A DNA stretch of 64,000 bases from an uncultured Gammaproteobacteria bacterium (GTDB lineage Bacteria; Patescibacteriota; Microgenomatia; Woykebacterales; RBG-16-39-9b). A program made the translations under genes and the position numbers. Shown here in pieces: positions 28,162 to 36,973 of this stretch. The stretch covers positions 412,264 to 476,263 of the forward strand of contig CAYHXX010000001.1 in NCBI GenBank assembly GCA_964360785.1, in the 5' to 3' direction. Positions within the stretch are counted from its first letter, which is position 1. Every line of letters begins with the position of its first letter. The notes beneath the pieces were generated by a model that worked only from the letters and a program-made list of their open reading frames with translations, did not search any database and was not told the origin of the DNA.

Positions 28162-29139
28162 CTAAATTCTATCAGATTCTGAAGCTTTCAACCACTGCGA
28201 AACTAACTCGGCTACTTCGTTTTCAAGATTTTCAACCAAAATGTCATACCAGTAGATACTCTGGTCACGTTTAAACCAAGTTAGTTGTCTTCTGATATAG
28301 CCATGTAGATCAAATTTTATCCTCTGCTTAGCTTCGTTTAAACCTAAGTTTCCTTTTATATAAGCAGCAACTTGGCGATAACCAAGAGAAGTCATAGCTG
28401 GTAGATCAATCGAATAGTCTTTTAATAAGTTCTTAACTTCCTCAACAAACCCAGTCTCAAACCACTTTTCCACTCTAATGTCGTTTCGATCATACAGATT
28501 TTCTCTCTCACAAGTTAACCCAATCTTCAAAATTTCAAAAGGAACTTTGTATCTTTTTTGCAAACTACTAAAACTTTCACCAGTTTGTCGATAAACTTCC
28601 AACGCCCGAATTATTCTTCGTTTATTGTTCTTATCTACTTTCTCGAAGTAGTTGGGGTCAACTTTTTCTAGCTCCAGGAGCAAATCCTCAAGTTTCTGGT
28701 GCTCAAGTTCTTCTCGCAATCTTTGGTCTGGAGCAACTTTGGGAATTTTCAGACCCTCAGTTACTGCTTGGATATATAGCCCAGTACCGCCTACTAGTAT
28801 TGGTAACTTATTTCTAGAATGAATGTCTTTAATTTTTTCTAAGGCTAGTTGTTGATACTCAGCCAAGGAAAAGCGCTCATCTGGTTTGACTATGTCATAA
28901 AGATAAACAGGAATCTGGTCAAAAACCCATTTTCCACTTTCTTTCTGAATCTTCCCTCCTGCTTTCTGCTCACTGCTCACTGTTCCCTGACTTTCCTTCC
29001 CAGTTCCAATATCCATGCCAATATAAACCTGTCGGCTGTCAGCACTGACAATTTCCCCATCAAATTTTTTTGCGAGCGTTAGCGCGATATCAGTTTTTCC
29101 GGTTCCCGTCGGCCCACAAATAACTAGTAATTTATGCAT
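28162..29139 (-). CDS. miaA: tRNA dimethylallyltransferase
   Basis: P-loop GPTGTGKT and SADSRQVYIGMDIGTGK motifs. 325 aa. Confidence 0.9.
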   Translation of the reverse strand: MHKLLVICGPTGTGKTDIALTLAKKFDGEIVSADSRQVYIGMDIGTGKESQGTVSSEQKAGGKIQKESGKWVFDQIPVYLYDIVKPDERFSLAEYQQLALEKIKDIHSRNKLPILVGGTGLYIQAVTEGLKIPKVAPDQRLREELEHQKLEDLLLELEKVDPNYFEKVDKNNKRRIIRALEVYRQTGESFSSLQKRYKVPFEILKIGLTCERENLYDRNDIRVEKWFETGFVEEVKNLLKDYSIDLPAMTSLGYRQVAAYIKGNLGLNEAKQRIKFDLHGYIRRQLTWFKRDQSIYWYDILVENLENEVAELVSQWLKASESDRI

Positions 29140-29164
29140 GAGCGGATTTTAACATAATGAACAA

Positions 29165-29193
29165 AAAGAAAAGCAGGCTATTATAACCTGCTT
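29165..29193 (-). terminator. Intrinsic terminator (AAGCAGG/CCTGCTT stem, then TTTTCTTTTTG on minus strand); the stop codon of the upstream gene lies in the loop
   Basis: 7-bp perfect stem, 9-nt loop, T-run. Confidence 0.55.
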
Positions 29194-29558
29194 GTGGCTA
29201 CTGATCTCAATTTATCTAGAGCTCTTTTCTCTATCCGACGCACGGTTGTCGACGAACAACCCATCTCCTGGCCAGTTTTTTCTTGAGTTCTCGGCTGTCC
29301 ATCTTTGATCCCAAAGCGAAACTCGATTACTCGTCTTTCCCTTTCATCCAAGGCCTCAAGTGATGATCTTGATCTTTCTTGAGGCAGAGACCTTCGTGAA
29401 TACTCTTGACGTATTTTTTCAACATCCTCTGGTTTTCTTGATCTGAGTTCCACTAGCGGTGGGTAGCCTCCAAATATTTGCCACAACAGCCGTTCCTCCA
29501 CTATGGTCTTGTCCTTAACCTCTTGCCAATCGACCTCGGAATACGGCATTACCTTCAT
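29181..29558 (-). CDS. Sigma-70 region 4-only protein (about 125 aa). The track ORF extends to 29696, but AAGGAG lies 7 nt before the internal ATG at 29558
   Basis: Region 4.1/4.2 motifs ERERRVIEFRFGIKDGQPRTQEKTGQEMGCSSTTVRRIEKRALDKLR. No region 2 or 3 upstream. Confidence 0.55.
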   Translation of the reverse strand: MKVMPYSEVDWQEVKDKTIVEERLLWQIFGGYPPLVELRSRKPEDVEKIRQEYSRRSLPQERSRSSLEALDERERRVIEFRFGIKDGQPRTQEKTGQEMGCSSTTVRRIEKRALDKLRSVATSRL

Positions 29559-29637
29559 CGCTACTCCTTTCCCGGCGATTATAGTTTTGGTCAGATTTCT
29601 AGTCAAGTAACTAGACTTTAGTGTTAAACTGTTATCT

Positions 29638-30465
29638 ATGGCTTTCAACCCGAACACAATCTGGATATCACATACCTCTTTGAATGATTTTGACAAGTGC
29701 AGACAGCTTTATTATCTGCGCAATCTCTACCGCGATAAGAAATATGGTAATAATTTTCGCTTGCAGGTGGCTTCTCCTTTTCTGTCTTTAGGCGAAGCTG
29801 TTCATGATGCGATCGATCATTTTACTGAGCGTTATGAACCAGAACAAAGAAATATTGATCGGTTGATGTATGAATACAAAAGAGGTTGGAGTTTAAAACC
29901 AGGGAAAATTGGTGGTTTTAAAGATGAGGGTCAGGAAAAAGAATTCAAAGAACGCGGTGAAACCATGCTTGAGAGATTTATGAAAAACACTTATTTCTCC
30001 AAAGGTAATCCGATCAGAGTAAGTTTTCCCAAACTACCCTTAGTTGGTGAAGATGATGTTGTCTTGGTCGGTAACTTTGATTGGTTGGAAAAAACTCCAG
30101 AGGGTTTACATATTCTCGATTTTAAAACTGGAAAGGAAGAGGCTGAAGATTCCCTGCAACTCCCGATCTATACCATTCTTGCTAAACACGTTTTGAAAGA
30201 ACCGGTTGCTAAGGTAAGTTACTGGTACCTAGATCGTGACGACGATCCGATCGAAGCTAAAATTCCTGATTTAAGTAAAACTTTAGAGACGGTCAAAGAA
30301 AAGGCTGCCAAAATGGAGGACGCGATAAAATTCCAAGACTTCCCATGTCAGGCAGAAATCGGTTACTGCAAGCACTGTCACGAATATCACAAAGCGAGCA
30401 ACGATCAAGCTGAACATGTCCAAACCGACTTTAAACGCAAACGAGAAGTATTTTTCCTAGATTAA
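29638..30465 (+). CDS. PD-(D/E)XK nuclease-superfamily protein, Cas4/RecB-like, with a 4-Cys (FeS-type) cluster
   Basis: One N-terminal Cys (DKCRQLYY) plus the C-terminal CQAEIGYCKHC. Motifs LGEAVHDAIDHF and ILDFKTGKEE with QLPIY are PD-(D/E)XK-like. Confidence 0.6.
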   Translation: MAFNPNTIWISHTSLNDFDKCRQLYYLRNLYRDKKYGNNFRLQVASPFLSLGEAVHDAIDHFTERYEPEQRNIDRLMYEYKRGWSLKPGKIGGFKDEGQEKEFKERGETMLERFMKNTYFSKGNPIRVSFPKLPLVGEDDVVLVGNFDWLEKTPEGLHILDFKTGKEEAEDSLQLPIYTILAKHVLKEPVAKVSYWYLDRDDDPIEAKIPDLSKTLETVKEKAAKMEDAIKFQDFPCQAEIGYCKHCHEYHKASNDQAEHVQTDFKRKREVFFLD

Positions 30466-30483
30466 TCATTGAACCTATAGCAC

Positions 30484-30512
30484 TTGACACTAGTTTTCAC
30501 CTTTGTTATAAT
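30484..30512 (+). promoter_or_regulatory. Perfect consensus sigma70 promoter (TTGACA, 17-nt spacer, TATAAT)
   Basis: TTGACActagttttcacctttgtTATAAT. Drives a ~128-nt leader that contains a hairpin plus U-tract at 30529..30584. Confidence 0.55.
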
Positions 30513-30646
30513 TTCTCCCTGTTCCAACGGCATCTAGTATTTGGACAAAACTTTTTGTTTTATCTAGCTACCAGATGCCTTTTGGTGTCCGGCATGGTTG
30601 TGAGCCCGAACAACTGTGAATGAAAAGGGCAAGGAGAAACAGTCGG

Positions 30647-30991
30647 ATGACAACAGAGGTACGGAAGATGCTCGAGACGGTGAGCCCGGACTGGGTGAGG
30701 GCGAACTTCGACGCGCTGAAGCGCGGCGGCCATGTGCTAGCCGGCACGCCACGGATGGGAGGCGACCTGATCCTGCTCAAGCCCGTTGACGCGGACGGCA
30801 CATGCTTCGAGGCGGTCAACGTCGGCCGCATCTGCGAGGAACCGACCACCGACGACGGCGTCCTGTTCGGCATCGCGACCGAGCTGTTCCCGACGGAGCC
30901 GACGGGGAACAACGGTTCGAGCGAGGTCAGGCGCAAGAAGATCCACGTCCAGCTCGCCGACGGCATCGCTGCCAACCGCTCGCGCAGGTAA
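30647..30991 (+). CDS. Hypothetical protein (114 aa) encoded in a very GC-rich island with actinobacterial-like codon usage
   Basis: AAGGAG lies 10 nt upstream. About 90% G/C at codon third positions in this frame only. Protein is MTTEVRKMLETVSPDWVRANFDALKRGGHVLAGTPRMGGDLILLKPVDADGTCFEAV.... Other ORFs in this segment are overlapping-frame artefacts of high GC. Confidence 0.5.
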   Translation: MTTEVRKMLETVSPDWVRANFDALKRGGHVLAGTPRMGGDLILLKPVDADGTCFEAVNVGRICEEPTTDDGVLFGIATELFPTEPTGNNGSSEVRRKKIHVQLADGIAANRSRR

Positions 30992-31065
30992 CCTCACAGC
31001 TCCCGGCGCCGCGAACAGTTTGCATGGTGGTAAGGCAACTTAGGTAAAAGCTATCCACCCACTTC

Positions 31066-31105
31066 GGCCGTTAACCCTCTCACCCCTTGGGAGAGTTAAC
31101 GGCCG
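31066..31105. repeat. Long GC-rich palindromic hairpin (GGCCGTTAAC-CCTCTC-loop-GAGAG-GTTAACGGCC) containing two GTTAAC sites
   Basis: A 10-bp perfect outer stem plus a 5-bp inner stem. No U-tract follows. Confidence 0.5.
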
Positions 31106-31143
31106 CCATCTTGAGCAAACAAAATTTGTTGGCTGAAGAGGAG

Positions 31144-31176
31144 AAACGACTTTTCGTATGAAGTCGTTTTTCTTTG
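31144..31176 (+). terminator. Intrinsic terminator (AAACGACTT/AAGTCGTTT stem, then TTTTCTTT)
   Basis: 9-bp perfect stem, 8-nt loop, T-run. Terminates the GC-island transcript. Confidence 0.6.
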
Positions 31177-31198
31177 GCAAAAATTGATAGAATAAGGT

Positions 31199-31771
31199 AT
31201 GGTCTTTAAATCAAAATTTATTTTACTTCGCCATAACGAACCGAAATCTTTTCCTGGTCCATGGATCCAACCTCACAATAACCCGCTGAGCCAGAATGGA
31301 ATCGAGCAAGCAAATTTAATTTCCAAAACTTTAGAAGATGAGAAAATTAGTGCTATTTATTCCTCTCCATTTGCACGATCCTTGCAAACCGCAGATATAA
31401 TCGGCAAGAATCTAAATTTAGAAGTTATAATAAAAGAAGATTTAAAAGAAAGAGCCCAGGGTGATTTGGAAAACCAATCCTTTTCCGAAGAAAAAATAAA
31501 CAATCTTTGGGAAGAGTTTGAAAAATTTAAATCTCTGTCTCTAGAAGAGCAGTGGGTTTCAAGACCGTTTCCAGGTTTTGAAACCGACGCAGAGTTGCTA
31601 AAAAGAGCCTTAAATTGTTTAGCGGAAATTTCCCAAGAAAATATTAACAAATTAATTTTACTTGTAACTCATGCGGGTTTAATAAAAGTACTCTTGATTC
31701 ATTTCGGTATTATCTCTTTGAAAAACCGGGACGATTTTAAAATTAAATTTAATGATATTTTTGAAATCTGA
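31199..31771 (+). CDS. Histidine phosphatase (phosphoglycerate mutase-like) family protein
   Basis: N-terminal LLRHNEP (RHG-like) motif, SSPFARSLQTADII, and C-terminal VTHAGLIKVLL. Confidence 0.7.
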   Translation: MVFKSKFILLRHNEPKSFPGPWIQPHNNPLSQNGIEQANLISKTLEDEKISAIYSSPFARSLQTADIIGKNLNLEVIIKEDLKERAQGDLENQSFSEEKINNLWEEFEKFKSLSLEEQWVSRPFPGFETDAELLKRALNCLAEISQENINKLILLVTHAGLIKVLLIHFGIISLKNRDDFKIKFNDIFEI

Positions 31772-31782
31772 GACACTTGTTT

Positions 31783-32088
31783 ATGGCAGATTACATTGTC
31801 GGAAGTAGAAAACCAAAACCAGGTGAAAAAGTTTTTGTAATTCAGAAAGTGGATTATGGAACTGAAGATTATGCGGAAGGTGTAGTTAAAGATGTTTTAA
31901 CGTCAAGGCCGGAACATCCCAGAGGACACAAAGTTCGGCTAACTAATGGAGTAATCGGCAGAGTCCAAAAATTTTCTGATCAAGGAGAGGTGACTCCCAG
32001 ACAACCAAAATACGAGAATAGAAACTTAAATGAACCAGAACAAATATTACCGAGTATTCTACCCACCGACCCTGACGACCTAATCTAG
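31783..32088 (+). CDS. YwbE-family (DUF2196) small protein
   Basis: GVVKDVLTSRPEHPRGHKVRLTNGVIGRVQKF matches the YwbE signature. The track start at 31777 is TTG; the ATG is at 31783. Confidence 0.55.
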   Translation: MADYIVGSRKPKPGEKVFVIQKVDYGTEDYAEGVVKDVLTSRPEHPRGHKVRLTNGVIGRVQKFSDQGEVTPRQPKYENRNLNEPEQILPSILPTDPDDLI

Positions 32089-32279
32089 TTTTAGAAAATC
32101 TAACCGCCGTTGCGAGCATTCCGTTAAGTGAGGCTTAAAAAAGCGAGATATTAAGTCGGACGTGTTTGACTCCGATTTATCGGAGGAGTTGTCGACGTAT
32201 ACGAGCGGCTTAAGCCGAATAGGAAGCGTAGTCAGGCGGCAATTTGGTGTTACCTTTGTTGCCAAAGGTAACAAAAACT

Positions 32280-32555
32280 TTATTTACGAACACTCTTCTT
32301 AATACTTTTGGCAGCAATAAACCCAACTGTGTTCATCTGTGGTAGTTGCAAACTTTGTCCTGTTTTTGGATTACGGCCTGTTCTAGCCTTTCGACCTCGG
32401 ATCACAAAGGTACCAAATCCAGAAATTACTACTTTATCTCCCTTTCTCAATGTTTCAATAATTGAGTCAAAGGTAGCATCAACAGCTTCTTTTGCAGCTT
32501 TACGAGTCAATCTTACATCTTTAGCTACTTTTTCGATTATGTCAGCTTTTAACAA
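32280..32555 (-). CDS. hup: DNA-binding protein HU
   Basis: 91 aa with GFGTFVIRGRKARTGRNPKTG arm motif. Confidence 0.9.
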   Translation of the reverse strand: MLKADIIEKVAKDVRLTRKAAKEAVDATFDSIIETLRKGDKVVISGFGTFVIRGRKARTGRNPKTGQSLQLPQMNTVGFIAAKSIKKSVRK

Positions 32556-32570
32556 AAAATTTCACCTCCT

Positions 32571-33374
32571 TTAAGGTAATGTTTTATCGATTCTCTTAAT
32601 ACTCTTGGCCTTCATTTTTGTCCCAGTTTCTATCAAAACCGAGCGGAAAAGTCTGGGACCTGTCTCAACCCATTCAAACTTAACTGGTTCAGTATCTTTC
32701 TGTTTACGGATGATGATTTCCGGAACAACTCCCAAAACTGAGTTTTGTGCCCCACACATTCCGACATCAGTAACAAAAGCTGTCCCAGCTGGCAGTAACC
32801 AAGTATCAGCTGTGGGGATATGAGTATGTGTTCCACAAACAGCTGTCACTCTACCGTCAAGAAACCAGGCAAGAGCGTTTTTTTCCGAAGTAGCTTCAGC
32901 GTGAAAATCGACGAAAATAAACTCTGGTTTTTCTTTGTTTACTTGATCGTTAAGTATTTGATCAATGGTGCGATACGGCTCATCAACAGGCTGGTCAATC
33001 CATTGTCGCCCGAGAAGATTAATGACCATTACTTTCTTGGTTTTTACCTTGGCAATTGTGAATCCAAAACCAGGGCTGTCTGAGGGATAGTTGGCTGGAC
33101 GAATTACAGTAGGATCATTATCTAGAGTTTCAGCAAATTCTGGTTTGAACCAAATATGATTTCCACTGGTAAAAATATCAACGCCGTACCCACGTAATTC
33201 ATCGACCTTGTCAGCAGTTGCACCTTTGCCATGGGAAAGATTTTCGATATTGGCAATCACCAAGTCAATTTTTTCTTTCTTGATCAATTCAGGTAAGACA
33301 GCGCCAACTGCCTTCCGTCCTTGCTTTGCAACGATGTCACCAATCATTAGTATTTTCATTTTTGTCTTCAACAA
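32571..33374 (-). CDS. ymdB: YmdB-like (TIGR00282) metallophosphoesterase
   Basis: MKILMIGDIVAKQGRKAV...GNH motifs. Immediately downstream of rny, as in the Bacillus rny-ymdB arrangement. Confidence 0.8.
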   Translation of the reverse strand: MLKTKMKILMIGDIVAKQGRKAVGAVLPELIKKEKIDLVIANIENLSHGKGATADKVDELRGYGVDIFTSGNHIWFKPEFAETLDNDPTVIRPANYPSDSPGFGFTIAKVKTKKVMVINLLGRQWIDQPVDEPYRTIDQILNDQVNKEKPEFIFVDFHAEATSEKNALAWFLDGRVTAVCGTHTHIPTADTWLLPAGTAFVTDVGMCGAQNSVLGVVPEIIIRKQKDTEPVKFEWVETGPRLFRSVLIETGTKMKAKSIKRIDKTLP

Positions 33375-33441
33375 ATATCGTGCGCAAATAATATTTTTTT
33401 AACTTTTCAAAGTTTCAATTAGCACGATATAAACCGACAAA

Positions 33442-34941
33442 TCACTTCGCCAAGGATTCTGCCCTAGTTTCCCGCATCACCGTTACTTTCACGGTACCCG
33501 GATAAGTCAGTGTGTCATGAATCTTAGTCGCGATATCGTTTGCTAGAATAGTCAAATCATTATCTCCCATTTGCTCTGGGTATACAATAACTCTTACCTC
33601 CCGCCCAGCCGCAATTGCGAAGGACTTGTCGACTCCTTTGAAGGAGCTGGCCACGTTTTCAAGCTCCGTAATTCTTTTTATATAATCTTGAACTTCTTCG
33701 TGTCGAGCTCCTGGTCTACTCCCAGAAATAGCATCGGCAATATAGACGATGATACTTTCAACAGAAGAAAATGGCTTATCTTCGTGATGCTCGGCCACTG
33801 CATTAACCACTCTTTGGTCAATGTTGAACTTCTTCAAATATTCTACTCCAAGCTCAACGTGAGAACCCTCTTGTTCTCCGGTAAAAACTTTTCCAATATC
33901 ATGGAACAAACAACCGAGTCGAACTATATTGGCATCCGCGCCAACTGTTTTTGCCACGGCAACCGCAATCTTTGTTTCCTCTAGTGTGTGAAGGAACAAG
34001 CTTTGGCCGTAGGAATAGCGCCATTTAAATCTTCCGAGGGTGTCGACTAGTTCTCCTGGAAGGTTGTGAACTCCAGCCATACTACAAAGTTTTTCTCCTT
34101 CTTCACGACGAATTTTCTCAAAATCTTTTTGCACCCGATCCACCACTTCTTCTATTCGTGTTGGTTGTATTCGGCCATCAGCCATCAATCTCTCAAGAGC
34201 AATCTTGGCTACTTCCCGTCTTTCCCCATCAAAACATGACAATCGAATTGTTCCTGGAGTATCATCCAGATCCACATCTACACCAGTGGCCATCTCAAAA
34301 GCTTTGATGTTGCGACCTTCTCTACCGATAATACGACCTTTCATATCATCATCTGGCAACCGCACAATCGAAGTTGTGTACTCGGGCACGTAGTCAGTTG
34401 CACCCGCCCGCATAGCATCGACCAGAATACCTTTGGCTTTTTCATCAGCCTCTCGTTTGATTTGCTCTTCGGCTTCGCGAATTCTTCTGGAAACCTCATC
34501 CTTTAGCTTGCTTTCGGTAGCATCAATGATCAGCTTTTTAGCTTCCTCACGAGTAATAGATGCAACTTTTTCTAATTTAGTTGCTAGCTCTGTACGAGTT
34601 TTCTCCAGATCTGCCTCTTTGCTCTTTAAACCCTCCTCCTTGTTCTCAAGATCACCAAGCTTTTTGTCGAGGTTTTCCTCTTTAGCAGCTAATCTTGCCT
34701 CAAGCTGCAACACTTCTGAACGGACTTTGCTTGATTCCACTTCTGCTTCACGTTTTATTTTCAAGGCTTCATTTTTGGCATCGAGAATTATTTCCCGAGA
34801 ATCTGCTGATTCGGAAACTTCTCCTATTTTCTCAATTGGCTTTTTATTCTTTTGGGATTTAGCTACAAATTTCTGGTAACCGAAATATCCTGCGCCACCT
34901 GCCAACAGGATTGCTATAACTGCTATTGATATTGGATCCAT
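33442..34941 (-). CDS. rny: Ribonuclease Y
   Basis: N-terminal TM, coiled-coil, KH domain, HD domain (LFHDIGK). 499 aa. Confidence 0.9.
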   Translation of the reverse strand: MDPISIAVIAILLAGGAGYFGYQKFVAKSQKNKKPIEKIGEVSESADSREIILDAKNEALKIKREAEVESSKVRSEVLQLEARLAAKEENLDKKLGDLENKEEGLKSKEADLEKTRTELATKLEKVASITREEAKKLIIDATESKLKDEVSRRIREAEEQIKREADEKAKGILVDAMRAGATDYVPEYTTSIVRLPDDDMKGRIIGREGRNIKAFEMATGVDVDLDDTPGTIRLSCFDGERREVAKIALERLMADGRIQPTRIEEVVDRVQKDFEKIRREEGEKLCSMAGVHNLPGELVDTLGRFKWRYSYGQSLFLHTLEETKIAVAVAKTVGADANIVRLGCLFHDIGKVFTGEQEGSHVELGVEYLKKFNIDQRVVNAVAEHHEDKPFSSVESIIVYIADAISGSRPGARHEEVQDYIKRITELENVASSFKGVDKSFAIAAGREVRVIVYPEQMGDNDLTILANDIATKIHDTLTYPGTVKVTVMRETRAESLAK

Positions 34942-35052
34942 AATTTTTCTTCGCTTTCATAAAACTTTCTTAAGGTTTATATCACTCAAAGAGAGATATT
35001 GGTAAATAGATTGATACAACAAGAACTTTTACTAAAAAGTAACACAGCCAGT

Positions 35053-35712
35053 TTACTCTTTTTCAGAGAGTGTGTCAACGGCCTTTTTGACAATTTCCCA
35101 GTCAAACCCTTTTGCGGCCAGAAAGCGAGTCATCTTCTCGCGAAATATTTTCTGGTCATATTTTTGATAATTTCTTTCTTTTTTTCTACCTGCTTCCAAA
35201 GCCAATTCCAGAGGATTTATAGAAACTTCTGAAAAAATCTGGTCTATTAATTCTTTTTTTATTCCTTTTTTCAGTAATTCTGACTTTAATATTCTTGGCG
35301 AAGTTTTCTTGAAACGGGTTCTTTGTTCCACCCACCAGTGTGCAAATTCTGAGTCGTCAATTTGTCCTATATTTGTTAGTTTCTTGACTACTTCTTCAAT
35401 TGAAGCTTCAAAATTCTTTTTTTCCTCTTCCCCTTTGTCAGTTTTCCAAAGTTTCTGCAATAAATTGTCTTTTATCTCTTTTTCCGATCGTGGTCTATAG
35501 GAAAGGAACTTGATTGCCTTTTCGTAAAGTCTTTCAACTTGATCGTCAAAAATTAACCTCTGGGTTTTTTCCTCGTTCAACTCGTCATTAATTCTTAATT
35601 TATTAATGATTTTTGATTCCAGCGAAATACCAAATGCAAACTCGCCATCGATAAAAATGTTAACCCTCTTTGGGTTCTTTTTTTGAGGTTCGATATTGGT
35701 AATCTGGTTCAT
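35053..35712 (-). CDS. recX: Regulatory protein RecX
   Basis: Three-helix repeat architecture. Directly downstream of recA. 219 aa. Confidence 0.75.
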   Translation of the reverse strand: MNQITNIEPQKKNPKRVNIFIDGEFAFGISLESKIINKLRINDELNEEKTQRLIFDDQVERLYEKAIKFLSYRPRSEKEIKDNLLQKLWKTDKGEEEKKNFEASIEEVVKKLTNIGQIDDSEFAHWWVEQRTRFKKTSPRILKSELLKKGIKKELIDQIFSEVSINPLELALEAGRKKERNYQKYDQKIFREKMTRFLAAKGFDWEIVKKAVDTLSEKE

Positions 35713-35770
35713 GAAATTAATTATAGCGGAGAAATTACACGCTCGAGTTTTTTTACTGCGGGGGTAAAAA

Positions 35771-36820
35771 TTACTTCTCTTCTTCCTCTTCGGTATCTTC
35801 AGAAGCTTCCTTCATATCCATTGGAGCACCACCTTTGGCAAAAGCATCTTTGACTTTTTTCTCGACTTCGGCAAAGACTTTGGGATTATCCTGCAAGTAG
35901 CCCTTGGCTGCTTCGCGGCCCTGAGCGATATTTTGGCCCCCGTATTGGAACCAAGCCCCACTTTTATTAACAACCCCGGTCTCAACAGCAGCGTCAAGCA
36001 AGGACCCTTCTGAAGAGATTCCCCGATCAAACATGATGTCAAACTCCACAGTTCGAAAAGGCGGTGCAACTTTATTTTTGACCACCTTAACTTTCACACG
36101 AGAGCCAACTGTGACTTGGCCTTCGGTAATTGCTTCGACACGGCGAACATCGAGCCGAACAGAGGAGTAAAACTTCAAAGCTCTCCCACCAGGAGTAACT
36201 TCGGGATTTCCAAACATGATCCCAACTTTTTCGCGCAATTGATTGATGAAAATAACTAAAGTGTGAGATTTTGAAATTGCCGAAGCTAATTTTCGCATTG
36301 CCTGACTCATTAATCGAGCTTGGAGACCAATGAAAGAGTCTCCCATTTCACCTTCAACTTCAGCTCTAGGGACAAGAGCGGCAACAGAGTCAACAACGAT
36401 AACATCAACAGCACCGGATCGGACTAGAGTCTCGACGATTTCGAGCGCCTGCTCCCCAGTGTCAGGTTGGGAGATCAAAAGTTCTTTGATATCGACACCA
36501 ATACTAGCAGCCCGAGCCGGATCAAGAGCGTGCTCAGCATCAACAAAAGCAGCAATCCCACCTTTTTTCTGTCCTTCCTTAACGACGTGCAGTGCAAGTG
36601 TAGTTTTTCCACCACCTTCTGGACCAAAGATTTCGATAATTCGCCCTTTTGGTAAGCCACCAACACCCAGAGCCAGATCTAGCCCCATCACTCCAGTCGA
36701 AATAACATCTACATCAAGCTTGCCAGCGTTTTCACCAAGCTTCATGATCGAACCTTTTCCAAACTGTTTCTCGATCTGACCCATTGCGGCTTTGATGGCT
36801 TCTAGTTTTTGGTTTTCCAC
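35771..36820 (-). CDS. recA: Recombinase RecA
   Basis: GPEGGGKTT Walker A and a full RecA core. Acidic C-terminal tail. Confidence 0.95.
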   Translation of the reverse strand: MENQKLEAIKAAMGQIEKQFGKGSIMKLGENAGKLDVDVISTGVMGLDLALGVGGLPKGRIIEIFGPEGGGKTTLALHVVKEGQKKGGIAAFVDAEHALDPARAASIGVDIKELLISQPDTGEQALEIVETLVRSGAVDVIVVDSVAALVPRAEVEGEMGDSFIGLQARLMSQAMRKLASAISKSHTLVIFINQLREKVGIMFGNPEVTPGGRALKFYSSVRLDVRRVEAITEGQVTVGSRVKVKVVKNKVAPPFRTVEFDIMFDRGISSEGSLLDAAVETGVVNKSGAWFQYGGQNIAQGREAAKGYLQDNPKVFAEVEKKVKDAFAKGGAPMDMKEASEDTEEEEEK

Positions 36821-36901
36821 GTAAATTCCTTTCTGAACTAAGAATGTTTAATTAGTTAAAAAGTAGCACAAAAACAATTACTATACAACGATCTCTAAAT
36901 A

Positions 36902-36914
36902 GAACAAACTGTTC
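36902..36914. promoter_or_regulatory. 13-bp palindrome GAACAaacTGTTC 82-94 nt upstream of recA (SOS/Cheo-box-like, spacer one nt longer than canonical)
   Basis: GAACA and TGTTC half-sites are perfect inverted repeats. Confidence 0.3.
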
Positions 36915-36973
36915 CTTATTACCCAAAGCATATAACTATTGACTGTGTGTATGATGTGGTGTAATGTTAACAT

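Noticed and set aside
30568-31047. Four overlapping ORFs on both strands (30568..30975 -, 30737..30997 -, 30786..31043 +, 30802..31047 +)
   Set aside because: They are artefacts of the rarity of stop codons in a 65% GC segment. The products are low-complexity (Ser/Arg/Ala/Pro runs). Only the 30647..30991 frame shows GC3 periodicity and an SD.
31066-31105. Integron attC or MITE terminal repeat interpretation of the GC palindrome
   Set aside because: GTTAAC does not fit the attC core GTTRRRY/RYYYAAC pairing. No matching inverted partner was found at the left edge of the GC island, and no integrase is nearby.
32089-32279. tRNA-like element (GTTTGACTCC resembles a T-loop)
   Set aside because: The T-loop lacks the invariant C56 (TTTGA, not TTCGA), and no acceptor or anticodon stems could be formed.
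36330-36779. 149-aa plus ORF
   Set aside because: It is antisense within recA.
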